Positions 8,333-18,954 of a stretch of DNA of 64,000 nucleotides are shown in pieces. The notes beneath the pieces are model-generated. The model worked only from the letters and a program-made list of their open reading frames with translations. It had not been told where the DNA came from and did no database searches. Source of the stretch: Thermoanaerobaculia bacterium (lineage in GTDB: Bacteria > Acidobacteriota > Thermoanaerobaculia > Gp7-AA8). Numbering within the stretch: the stretch's first letter is position 1; each line of letters opens with the position of its first letter. The stretch spans positions 143,458-207,457 of the forward strand of contig DATAJY010000012.1 in the NCBI GenBank assembly GCA_036261885.1. Reading direction: 5' to 3'. The position numbers and the translations under genes were made by a program.

Positions 8333-9327
8333 ACGTGATCGAGGAACGCGAACAGGCTGCGCGGTCGCGCTTTCCGCGCGAGGCGAAGGAAGCATTCGGC
8401 GAAGCGAAGTACCGCGCCAACGGCGTGGTGGTGCAGGTCGTTTTTTTTCTCCTGACGTGCGTCGGCATCGGCGCGATGTACGCGTTTCTCGAAGCTCTCG
8501 ATTTCGATGACAGCGCGGGTGTCATCACCGGCGTGATCGCGATCGCCATCGGCGAGGTGCTGATTCGCGTGCGCCGCTGGTTCGGCACCGGTGTCGAAGC
8601 GGCGCTGTGGCTCGGCGGTCTCGTTTCGATCATCAGCGAGCTGCCGAGCAGCGGTGCACCGGAGGCGATGCTGGTGCTCGGCGCCGCCGCGGCGCTCGCG
8701 GGGTGGCGCGTGCGCAATCCGTTGTTCGGCGCCGTTGCCGCGATGTTCGTGGCCGAGTACGCGGAGAAGCGGGCCGACCTCGGCGTCGTCTGCGCGCTCG
8801 CGATCGCGCTCGCGGCGGGGCTGCTCCTGCTGCGCGAGTGGAAGCGGCCGTCGACGGAGTGGCTCTTCATCGCCCTCGTCGTGCTGCTGCCGCTCTTCGG
8901 CCGCATCACAGCAGACCCGCAATGGCGGACCACGACCATCACGCTTTACGGCGTCTTCGGTGCGCTGCTGCTGACGCTCGGCGTGGTGAAGCGTCATCAC
9001 GCGCTGCTCGTGTCCGGGCTTCTGGCGCTGGCCGTCGGGGTCGCGGATTTCGGGGCGCTGCTCGATGCGCCGCTGGAGTCGGAGCTGCTGGTCGCCGGCG
9101 CGTTGCTTCTGGCCGGCTCGTACCGGGTTTCGCGGACGCTGCGCGGGCGAACGACCGGTATCGTCGTGACGCCCGCGAAGCTCACGCCGGTGGACGAAGT
9201 TTTCGAGTCGGCGGGCGGCTTTGTAGCCGGTCATGCGACACAGTCGATCGATTCGCCGGCCGCGGGCGAAGCGAGGCCGGCCGGGGACGGCCGTTTCGGC
9301 GGCGCGGGCGCAAGCGACGGGTATTGA
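8329..9327 (+). CDS. Polytopic membrane protein, unknown function
   Basis: Internal ATG 8329 overlaps the upstream stop (ATGA). 332 aa, many hydrophobic helices, with a Gly/Ala-rich soluble tail. Confidence 0.55.
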   Translation: MNVIEEREQAARSRFPREAKEAFGEAKYRANGVVVQVVFFLLTCVGIGAMYAFLEALDFDDSAGVITGVIAIAIGEVLIRVRRWFGTGVEAALWLGGLVSIISELPSSGAPEAMLVLGAAAALAGWRVRNPLFGAVAAMFVAEYAEKRADLGVVCALAIALAAGLLLLREWKRPSTEWLFIALVVLLPLFGRITADPQWRTTTITLYGVFGALLLTLGVVKRHHALLVSGLLALAVGVADFGALLDAPLESELLVAGALLLAGSYRVSRTLRGRTTGIVVTPAKLTPVDEVFESAGGFVAGHATQSIDSPAAGEARPAGDGRFGGAGASDGY

Positions 9328-9705
9328 AGATGTTCCACGTGCCACAATTTGTGTGCAGTCCCCTCACAGACCACCATCCCTTGTGGTTCTGAATCGCGGA
9401 AAACTCGTTTTCCACAGATTTCGGCTACCGCCTTCCTTTCGCCCTTTTTTCAGTGGCCGGGTCCGCTTCTCCGGCGCGGAATTCACCTCGAAAAAGCTGC
9501 TGAAAAGAGAACGACGTCCGTTGCTGATAATTCGCACGGAAAACATGCGCAAAAGCTGCGGAGAACGGGCGGATTTACTGAGGATTCACGGATTTCAGAC
9601 CTGTGAATAACCCTGCGGAAAACCTGTCGAGAAGCAGCGGAACACCAGCGGATCTCCGGTGGAAAAGGAGGCCGATGCGGCCTCAGCCATGGAATGCGTA
9701 ACTAC

Positions 9706-9735
9706 TTGGAAACACGAATATTTACGCGCTATATT
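9706..9735 (+). promoter_or_regulatory. Candidate sigma70-type promoter for nrdJ leader
   Basis: TTGGAA (9706-9711), 18-bp spacer, TATATT (9730-9735). The -10 lies inside NrdR-box-like site 1. Confidence 0.35.
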
Positions 9736-9739
9736 GTGT
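9724..9739. promoter_or_regulatory. NrdR-box-like operator 1
   Basis: ACGCGCTATATTGTGT matches 13/16 positions of the NrdR box consensus acaCwAtATaTwGtgt as I recall it. Confidence 0.5.
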
Positions 9740-9750
9740 TTGCCCGGAGT

Positions 9751-9774
9751 AAGACCACAAGATCTTGTGGTCTT
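9751..9774. promoter_or_regulatory. NrdR-box-like operator 2 inside a perfect 24-bp palindrome
   Basis: AAGACCACAAGATCTTGTGGTCTT is a perfect palindrome. Its core CCACAAGATCTTGTGG (9755-9770) matches 12/16 of the NrdR consensus. Centre-to-centre distance to box 1 is 31 bp. Confidence 0.55.
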
Positions 9775-9846
9775 CGTCTTGACACGCCGAGGGCCGAAGC
9801 GTACGTTGTCGAGCATCAAAACAACGTGCTGATGTGAGGGAGGCGT

Positions 9847-9999
9847 ATGAAGGATTTGAAGCAGTCGACTCGTCCTGTGAACCATGCCCCCGTCCGCTCC
9901 GTTTCGCTGCAGATCCGCGATTATCAGGTGACGGTGAAGGTCAGGTCGTCGGTGCCGCAAATCCAGGGTTCTCGCTCCGTTCGCGCGTCGTTTCGTTGA
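9847..9999 (+). CDS. Possible 50-aa leader ORF in nrdJ 5' region
   Basis: ATG 9847 is preceded by GGGAGG with a 5-nt spacer. Translation: MKDLKQSTRPVNHAPVRSVSLQIRDYQVTVKVRSSVPQIQGSRSVRASFR. Codon bias is weak, so it may be non-coding. Confidence 0.2.
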   Translation: MKDLKQSTRPVNHAPVRSVSLQIRDYQVTVKVRSSVPQIQGSRSVRASFR

Positions 10000-10022
10000 T
10001 CGTTTGAAGCCATGAAGGTTGC

Positions 10023-10054
10023 GCCATCGCACCCACCAATTTTGGTGCGATGGC
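10023..10054 (+). promoter_or_regulatory. Perfect 11-bp stem hairpin in nrdJ leader
   Basis: GCCATCGCACC (10023-10033), 10-nt loop, GGTGCGATGGC (10044-10054). Confidence 0.5.
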
Positions 10055-10174
10055 AGTGTCGGGGGAGGTAGGGGATGGAAGTTCGGTCGAGGGACACCGG
10101 AGTCCCGGCGGCGCTCTGAAAAGGATCCACAGAGCTCCTGCCGTTCGGTTTCCTTCCACGCAGGTCGAACTGCC

Positions 10175-10218
10175 CTCCTCTGCTTTTTTTTTCTGAATGT
10201 GTGTGTGATTGAGAGGAG
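10175..10218 (+). promoter_or_regulatory. Possible anti-SD/SD pairing plus T9 tract ahead of nrdJ
   Basis: CTCCTCT (10175-10181) is complementary to AGAGGAG (10212-10218) in the nrdJ SD region GAGAGGAGAG. A run of nine T (10184-10192) lies between them. Confidence 0.3.
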
Positions 10219-10227
10219 AGTTGAGTC

Positions 10228-13092
<2,865 letters not shown>

Positions 13093-13117
13093 GAAACACG
13101 AGTCCTGAATTCCCGGA

Positions 13118-13147
13118 AAGGCCGCGGTGCAAGCCGCGGCCTTTTTC
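13118..13147 (+). terminator. Rho-independent terminator after nrdJ
   Basis: GGCCGCGG (13120-13127), 6-nt loop, CCGCGGCC (13134-13141), followed by TTTTT. Confidence 0.8.
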
Positions 13148-13167
13148 TTACGCGTGAGCTTGCGGCG

Positions 13168-14127
13168 GTGACGGCGATCCCACAAATGCTCCCGGAGCAA
13201 TGCGAATCAAACGCGGAGCCGGAGCCGCGCACGAGAGCCGGCGTCGGGACGCCGGTCATTACGGTGCTGCTGCCGACGACGAAGGCGTGGCCGGAAATCG
13301 CGAGCGCATTGGACGCATTGCTGGCGCAGGCGGACGCGCCGCCGTTCGAGATTCTCGTGCTCGACGGTCATGGCCGGGCGCTGCCGTCGCCGCCGCCGCC
13401 GTCCCCGATGATTCGCTGGCTGCGCTTGCCGGGAAACGATCCCTTCGCTTTACGCGCGGCCGGTGTCGCCGGAGCGCGGGGCGAGATCATCGCGGTGAGC
13501 GAGGATCACTGCATCGCTCCGCCGACGTGGATTGCGTCCATTGCCGCGGCGCATTGTGCCGATCCGGCAGCAGCCATTGTCGGTGCCACGATGAATCATC
13601 CCGATTCGGCCGGCTCTGCGATGGATCGCGCGAATTTCCTTCTGACCTTTGCAGGGCAGAATCACATGCGCCTCGATCTGGCGGTCCGCCGTCTGCCGGT
13701 ACCGACCAATCTGTCCTTCAAGCGCCACGCCGCGCCGGCAGGCGAGCTCGGGGCCGGTGAGCTCGAATATCGCTGGCTCGCGACGTTGAGCCACGCGGGA
13801 GCCGTCGGCGTCGCAAAATCGGTCGTATTGCACCATCGGCAATGCTGGGGGCGATCCGCGCCGCGCATTCACTTCGCGAGCGGCCGGTCGTTCGGTGCCT
13901 CGGTCCGAGAAGCCCCATTGCGGCACCGCCTGCAGTGGTGGTCGTCATTGCCGCTCCTCCCATTGCGCCTCGCGAGCATGATCTGGCCCGATCTGCGTGC
14001 CGGCGCGGCAGGACGACGTCCGTCGATGGCCGATGCCCTCTGTGTGGCGATCCTCATTGCAGCGAATGTCTGCGGACAGATCGCCGGCGCGGCCATCGGA
14101 GCAGGCGACAGCAGAGCGAGTCTCTGA
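13168..14127 (+). CDS. GT-A-fold glycosyltransferase-like protein
   Basis: 319-aa ORF. VITVLLPTTKAWPEIASALDALLAQADAPPFEILVLDGHG and SEDH resemble a divergent GT2 N-terminus. Start uncertain (GTG 13168 or ATG 13186). Confidence 0.45.
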   Translation: MTAIPQMLPEQCESNAEPEPRTRAGVGTPVITVLLPTTKAWPEIASALDALLAQADAPPFEILVLDGHGRALPSPPPPSPMIRWLRLPGNDPFALRAAGVAGARGEIIAVSEDHCIAPPTWIASIAAAHCADPAAAIVGATMNHPDSAGSAMDRANFLLTFAGQNHMRLDLAVRRLPVPTNLSFKRHAAPAGELGAGELEYRWLATLSHAGAVGVAKSVVLHHRQCWGRSAPRIHFASGRSFGASVREAPLRHRLQWWSSLPLLPLRLASMIWPDLRAGAAGRRPSMADALCVAILIAANVCGQIAGAAIGAGDSRASL

Positions 14128-14172
14128 CGGCGAGCTCCGTCCGCGGAAAGGCACTGTGTCGTTCAGGCGAAC

Positions 14173-14190
14173 TCGTGAGCCAGCTCACGA
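14173..14190. promoter_or_regulatory. Near-perfect palindrome upstream of 14251 gene
   Basis: TCGTGAGC-CA-GCTCACGA, about 60 bp upstream of the ATG. Candidate operator. Confidence 0.25.
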
Positions 14191-14250
14191 ACACCGCGGC
14201 ACGCCGATGCGATCATCCGCGTCCCATTTCGTCGGTCTGGAAAGGTAGAC

Positions 14251-15045
14251 ATGAAACGTATCGTTGTGGTGGTGCTTCTTCTCTCTGCAATCGGCTTCAA
14301 TGCGGTGGGGGCGGGGGATGTCTGGCAGGAGCTGAAATTAGGGAAAGAGGTGGCCGCGAAGGAAGTGGTTTCGTCGTTCGCGTATGGCAATGTGAGCACG
14401 TATCGCGTGCGGGACGTGTTCCGGAACGCGAGTCCGGCCGTACGCACAGCGCTCGTGGAGCAGGTGCTGGTCTGGACCAGGGCGTACGTGAATTCGCCGG
14501 CATTTGCGAAAGCGTATGCGCAGACGCGCGAGGAGGCGAAGCCGGAGCCGCCGGAGGAGCAGGTCTCCGTCGACGAGGAGCTGGAGCAGCGCCGCCAGCA
14601 GCGGAAGGCGGAGCTCGAAGAGGCGAAGAAGAGCATTGCGGAAATGCCGGCGGAATATCGTAAGGCGGCGGAAGAAGGCTACAAGGCCGCGGCCGAGTCG
14701 ATGAAACAGCTGGATACACCGGAATTCCGCAAGATGGAGCGTCAGGGAATCGAGATGGAACGGAAATCGAACCAGGAGGCGTATGAGCAGCAGGTCGCCG
14801 ATTGGGAGGAGAGTTATCCGGCCGATCCGAAATCGCTGGTGAAAAAGCGCCTCGAAGAGTTTCTCGAGGCGACGGAAGACGTCGATTACGAAGCCAGGAC
14901 CGTTCAGAAGTACAACAAGCTGCGTTTCGTCGACGGCGAATACGAAAGCAAAGGCTCGGAGTGGAAGCTCGCCTATCGCGCCGGCAAAGAGCCGACCGAA
15001 AAGGCCCGCGCCTTTGCAAAGGCGTGGCTCGCCGAGCTCAAATAG
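14251..15045 (+). CDS. Secreted hypothetical protein with charged coiled-coil-like region
   Basis: Signal peptide MKRIVVVVLLLSAIGFNAVGA, then a Glu/Lys-rich central segment. SD-like GAAAGG upstream. Confidence 0.6.
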   Translation: MKRIVVVVLLLSAIGFNAVGAGDVWQELKLGKEVAAKEVVSSFAYGNVSTYRVRDVFRNASPAVRTALVEQVLVWTRAYVNSPAFAKAYAQTREEAKPEPPEEQVSVDEELEQRRQQRKAELEEAKKSIAEMPAEYRKAAEEGYKAAAESMKQLDTPEFRKMERQGIEMERKSNQEAYEQQVADWEESYPADPKSLVKKRLEEFLEATEDVDYEARTVQKYNKLRFVDGEYESKGSEWKLAYRAGKEPTEKARAFAKAWLAELK

Positions 15046-15064
15046 AACGAACAGTGGCGGCGGC

Positions 15065-15742
15065 TCAGGAGAGAGCCGCCGTCACCTGCTTGTAGGTCGT
15101 GTAATCGGCCACGGACGGATCGCCGTCGTCATAAGGGGGATTCGGACGGTATTGAATCGACAATTGAATGTCGCGCGCCACCTGATCGCCGGCAATCTGC
15201 CCCACCAGGTGTAATGCCTCGTCGATTCCCGACGAAATCCCGCCGCCGGTCGTGAATTTTCCGTCCGTCACATAACGCGGATAGCCATTGACGACCTGTA
15301 CGTCCGGGAACTGCTGTTGGAATTGCGCCAGATACATCCAGTGCGTCGTGGCCTGCAGAGTCCCGAGCAACTTCGCGGTGGCGAGCACGAAGGCGCCGGT
15401 GCAGACCGATGCGACGAAGCGGGCGGTGGCACCTTTCGCCGACACGAAATTCAGCAGGTCCTGATCGCTGCACGCATTCCTGATGTACGTTCCGCCGCCG
15501 CCGGGGACGAAGAGAACGTCGACCGGCGTCTCCTGCAGTTCCTGAAACGACGCGTGCGTCAGCAGCGTCGCGCCATTGAAGGCGGTCACCGGCGCTTTCG
15601 CCTCATGGCCGGCCAGCAGCACGTTCAAATCGCCGTCCGCCGGTTTCCAGTACGGCTTCATCCAGGAGAAAATCTCGTACGGATTTGCGACGTCCATCAT
15701 GTCGAAATCCGCAACGATGGGGATGCAGATCGTGAATGCCAT
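15065..15742 (-). CDS. DJ-1/PfpI family protein
   Basis: 225 aa. VLFVPGGGG and nucleophile-elbow-like ASVCTGAFVLA motifs. Confidence 0.85.
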   Translation of the reverse strand: MAFTICIPIVADFDMMDVANPYEIFSWMKPYWKPADGDLNVLLAGHEAKAPVTAFNGATLLTHASFQELQETPVDVLFVPGGGGTYIRNACSDQDLLNFVSAKGATARFVASVCTGAFVLATAKLLGTLQATTHWMYLAQFQQQFPDVQVVNGYPRYVTDGKFTTGGGISSGIDEALHLVGQIAGDQVARDIQLSIQYRPNPPYDDGDPSVADYTTYKQVTAALS

Positions 15743-15872
15743 CGTGCCACCTCCGGGCGCGTAGTGTACTCCGCACGAGCTCGCCTGCTTCGGAACGCTC
15801 CAGGGCGCAACAAAGACGCCTGACGCGGGGCATTGGCGGTCGTTGAATCACTCCCAGGCAGGGGAGGGTTTG

Positions 15873-16349
15873 ATGGCCATTTTCCGAATCACCGACGTGC
15901 GCGCGCGAATGAACGCTGGTGTCCTGCGGATCAACCTGAAAGGACCGGGCGTGTCGCAGCCACTGCCGGCGACGTACCCGCTCGCCCGCGGTGCCGCTCT
16001 GTTGCAGATCTTCACGTCCGGCCGCGACTGTTACTTCGACACCAATGGCAGCATCGTCTCGACGAATCCGGTGACGATCGGAAATCCGCCCGGCAGCGCC
16101 GGCAGCGGGGTCGTCGTCGTGTGGGACATGCGGATGCCGCCGAACGATGCCGACCCGATCGACTTCTTCTTCGGGCTGGCAAATCCGGGTGACGTGAACA
16201 AGACCTCCGGAGTGGCGGCCGCGGCCTTCGTGCGCGTGCAGTACACGCAGCCCGAAGTGAAAGGCGTGCTGGCGATGCTCTCGTCCAGGTATGTCTTCTA
16301 TGAAAACGGCGCGCTGCGAAACACCGACTTTACAGAGGGCATCCTCTAG
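15873..16349 (+). CDS. Hypothetical protein
   Basis: ATG 15873 is preceded by GGGAGGG with a 5-nt spacer. 158 aa. I recognise no family. Confidence 0.5.
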   Translation: MAIFRITDVRARMNAGVLRINLKGPGVSQPLPATYPLARGAALLQIFTSGRDCYFDTNGSIVSTNPVTIGNPPGSAGSGVVVVWDMRMPPNDADPIDFFFGLANPGDVNKTSGVAAAAFVRVQYTQPEVKGVLAMLSSRYVFYENGALRNTDFTEGIL

Positions 16350-16393
16350 TCGTTATCCTTCCTCGTTCGCCACCGGGCGGGCGAGGAGGAACG

Positions 16394-16663
16394 ATGGCCG
16401 AAGGTCCCTGCACGCACATCGAAGCGATCACGTCGATCCGGCACGCAGAGAAGCGCGAATGCGAAGAGTGCGTGAAGATCGGATCGCGCTGGGTGCATCT
16501 GCGCACCTGTCAGGAGTGCGGTGTGACGCTCTGCTGCGACAGCTCGCCGAATCGCCACACCACCAAACACGTACGCGCGACGAAGCATCCGGTCGTCGCC
16601 TCCGCGGAGCCGGGCGAGCGCTGGCTCTACTGCTATCCGGATGATGCCTTCGCCGAATACTGA
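16394..16663 (+). CDS. UBP-type zinc-finger domain protein
   Basis: 89 aa with a strong SD (GAGGAGG). The Cys/His pattern CTH...CEEC...HLRTCQECGVTLCCDSSPNRHTTKH is typical of zf-UBP. Confidence 0.75.
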   Translation: MAEGPCTHIEAITSIRHAEKRECEECVKIGSRWVHLRTCQECGVTLCCDSSPNRHTTKHVRATKHPVVASAEPGERWLYCYPDDAFAEY

Positions 16664-16686
16664 GCTCCACGATTCGTAGCGCAAGC

Positions 16687-16718
16687 GCCGTAAATCACCG
16701 TTTTTACGGCGACTTTTC
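16687..16718 (+). terminator. Candidate terminator after zf-UBP gene
   Basis: GCCGTAAA (16687-16694) pairs with TTTACGGC (16703-16710), followed by a T-rich GACTTTTCACGTTT. Confidence 0.45.
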
Positions 16719-16778
16719 ACGTTTCTGTTGACGCGCATCCCTCAACGCCGATCTGATCCGCGTCGAGGAGGATCCCTG

Positions 16779-17261
16779 ATGACCACCAATGCCGATTTTT
16801 TCGCCGAGAAGTGGGAAGCGGAACAGGGCGCGTTCCGCAGAGTGCTCGCGGCCCTGCCGGCCGACAAGCTCGACTACAGACCGCATGAGCGCAGTACGTC
16901 CGCGGGCGATCTCGCGTGGCAGCTCGCCATCGAGCAGCGCGGCATGGCCGATCTCGCGAAGTCGAGCCAGACCGAGTGGGACGGCGGTGCGCGACCGGGG
17001 ACGCTCGACGAGATCCTGACCGTATGGGATCGCGCCACCGAAGAGATGCGCGAAACGCTCAAGTCGAGAGACGATGCGAAGTGGGATCAGGATGCGCAAT
17101 TCATCATGAAGGGCGCACCGGTCTGGACGACGAAACTGCGCGACATGTTGTGGGGCTTCCTCTTCGACATGGTGCATCACCGCGGACAGCTGAGCAGCTA
17201 CATCCGTCCGATGGGCGGCAAAGTGCCGGCGATTTACGGACCATCCGCCGACAGCGAGTGA
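16779..17261 (+). CDS. DinB-family (DinB_2-like) metal-dependent protein
   Basis: ATG 16779 is preceded by GAGGAGG. C-terminal DMVHHRGQLSSYIRPMGGKVPAIYGPSAD is a typical DinB-family ending. Confidence 0.8.
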   Translation: MTTNADFFAEKWEAEQGAFRRVLAALPADKLDYRPHERSTSAGDLAWQLAIEQRGMADLAKSSQTEWDGGARPGTLDEILTVWDRATEEMRETLKSRDDAKWDQDAQFIMKGAPVWTTKLRDMLWGFLFDMVHHRGQLSSYIRPMGGKVPAIYGPSADSE

Positions 17262-17376
17262 GCGCGCCAGGCGCGCGAGCATTTCGAGAGGCAGAAGGTG
17301 GTGCGGCGCGCGCGCGTCGCGCCGCCACCCGCGCTCCAGGCGCTCCGAGCCCTGCCATTGTTGTCGCGTTACGCCG

Positions 17377-18423
17377 TCAGCTCACCGCGCCTTCATCGAC
17401 GCTCAGCGTTCCGGCATCGGCATCGAGCGTGGCCATCGCGCCGACCGGAATGGTCAGCTTCTGTTCGATGTGCCCGAACGACAATCCGGAAATTGCCGGC
17501 TTCGGACCGCTGCCGAAGCGGTCGCGCAGGATGTCTTCGAGGCTGAAGGAGGGGCCGTCGTAATTGCATTCGCTGCAGCGGCCGAAGATGAAGCCGGCCA
17601 TGCGATCGAACTTCCCGCCGAGGGCCAGCTGCGTGAGCATGCGGTCGATGCGGTAGAGCTGTTCGCGCACGTCTTCGGTGAACAGCAGACGTCCTTCCGT
17701 TTCGATCTCGTACGGTGTTCCCATCAGCGACGCGAGCAGCGTGAGGTTTCCCCCCGCGAGGCGGCCCGTCGCTTTTCCGGGAGCGAGTTTCAGCACGCGG
17801 TTCGTGCGATCGATGAGCTCCGTCGGCTTCTTTTCCGGTGAGGCGAGAAGACCGAACGGCTCGGGCGACATCAGCATCCGCCTGAAGTTGTCGAGCGAAT
17901 ACGGATCGAACGACGAGCTCGCGACCGGCCCGTGAAACGTGATCAGGCCGGTGCGCTGATGAATGGCGTTGAGCAGCGCGGTGATGTCGCTGTAGCCGAT
18001 CAGCACTTTCGGCTTGCGCGCGATGAGATCGTAGTCGAGATACGGCAGCACGCGCGGCGAGCCCCAGCCGCCGGTGTAGCAGACGACGCCGGCGATGCCG
18101 TCGTCGGCGAACATGCGATTGAGATCGTCGGCGCGATCGCGATCCTTGCCGGCGAAGTAGCCATGGCGATCGTACGCGTGCGGTCCGATCACCACGTTCA
18201 GCCCCATCGCTTCGAGCTGCTCTTTCGCGACCGAGATGCGATCCGCTTCGAACACGGCCGATGCGGGCAGGACGAGACCGACGGTATCGCCTTCACTGAG
18301 GCGCTTCGGTTTGACGATCGGCTTCACGATCGTGCGTGAAACCGGGGCGGCACTGAGCGTCGAAGCGGCGGTGGCGAGCGTGACGAGTCGGGCGAACCCG
18401 CGGCGATCGATCATGCCCGGCAT
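17377..18423 (-). CDS. LD-carboxypeptidase (peptidase S66) with twin-arginine-like signal
   Basis: Only the C-terminal 348 aa of ORF 17377..18975 look real. MPGMIDRRGFARLVTLATAAS (RR signal). The GYSDITALLNAIH nucleophile motif and the overall S66 pattern are present. Confidence 0.85.
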   Translation of the reverse strand: MPGMIDRRGFARLVTLATAASTLSAAPVSRTIVKPIVKPKRLSEGDTVGLVLPASAVFEADRISVAKEQLEAMGLNVVIGPHAYDRHGYFAGKDRDRADDLNRMFADDGIAGVVCYTGGWGSPRVLPYLDYDLIARKPKVLIGYSDITALLNAIHQRTGLITFHGPVASSSFDPYSLDNFRRMLMSPEPFGLLASPEKKPTELIDRTNRVLKLAPGKATGRLAGGNLTLLASLMGTPYEIETEGRLLFTEDVREQLYRIDRMLTQLALGGKFDRMAGFIFGRCSECNYDGPSFSLEDILRDRFGSGPKPAISGLSFGHIEQKLTIPVGAMATLDADAGTLSVDEGAVS

Positions 18424-18444
18424 TCTGTCGCATACTTGCCCCCC

Positions 18445-18954
18445 ATGAAACGCACCGTCGCGCTCCTCGCCGTTCTCGTTTTCGCATTTGTTGCGCTTGC
18501 GGAGGAACCGTCGCCGGTGACGACGGTGATCCTCGTGCGGCATGCCGAAAAAGATCTGACCGTGGCGCAGGACGACAACACGCCGCTCTCGAAAGAAGGG
18601 GCGGAGCGCGCGCAGCGGCTGAAACGGATGCTCATCGACAGCGGCGTTTCCGTGATCTATACGACGAAGACGACGCGCACGCGCACGACGGCCGGCCCGC
18701 TCGCCGAGGCGTTGCACCTCGAGGCGAAAGAGCTCGAGAAAACCGATACGCCGGCGATGATCGCGGACAAAATCCGCGCGCACAAAGGGGCGACGCTGCT
18801 CGTGGTCGGGCACTCGAATACGACGCCGAACATCATGAAAGCCCTCGGCATCGCCAACGCGCCGAGCATCGACGACAAGACCGAGTTCGACAATCTCTTC
18901 ATCGTCACGCTCGCGGACAGCGCGGCGCCGTCGATGACGCGCATTCGTTACTGA
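18445..18954 (+). CDS. Histidine phosphatase (phosphoglycerate-mutase-like) family protein, secreted
   Basis: Signal peptide MKRTVALLAVLVFAFVALA. Catalytic RHAEK motif (VILVRHAEKD) and LVVGHSNT. Confidence 0.75.
   Translation: MKRTVALLAVLVFAFVALAEEPSPVTTVILVRHAEKDLTVAQDDNTPLSKEGAERAQRLKRMLIDSGVSVIYTTKTTRTRTTAGPLAEALHLEAKELEKTDTPAMIADKIRAHKGATLLVVGHSNTTPNIMKALGIANAPSIDDKTEFDNLFIVTLADSAAPSMTRIRY

Noticed and set aside
9330-9700. Chromosomal origin of replication (oriC)
   Set aside because: Only two one-mismatch DnaA boxes, no dnaA/dnaN/gidA-type neighbours, and no obvious AT-rich 13-mer unwinding element. Evidence is too thin, so it is reported only as a repeat-motif observation.
9775-10227. 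Cobalamin riboswitch in the nrdJ leader
   Set aside because: I could not find a B12-box-like core (GCCACTG-type) or the conserved junction motifs. The known logic places B12 riboswitches on B12-independent RNR genes, not on nrdJ. It is kept only as an unclassified structured leader.
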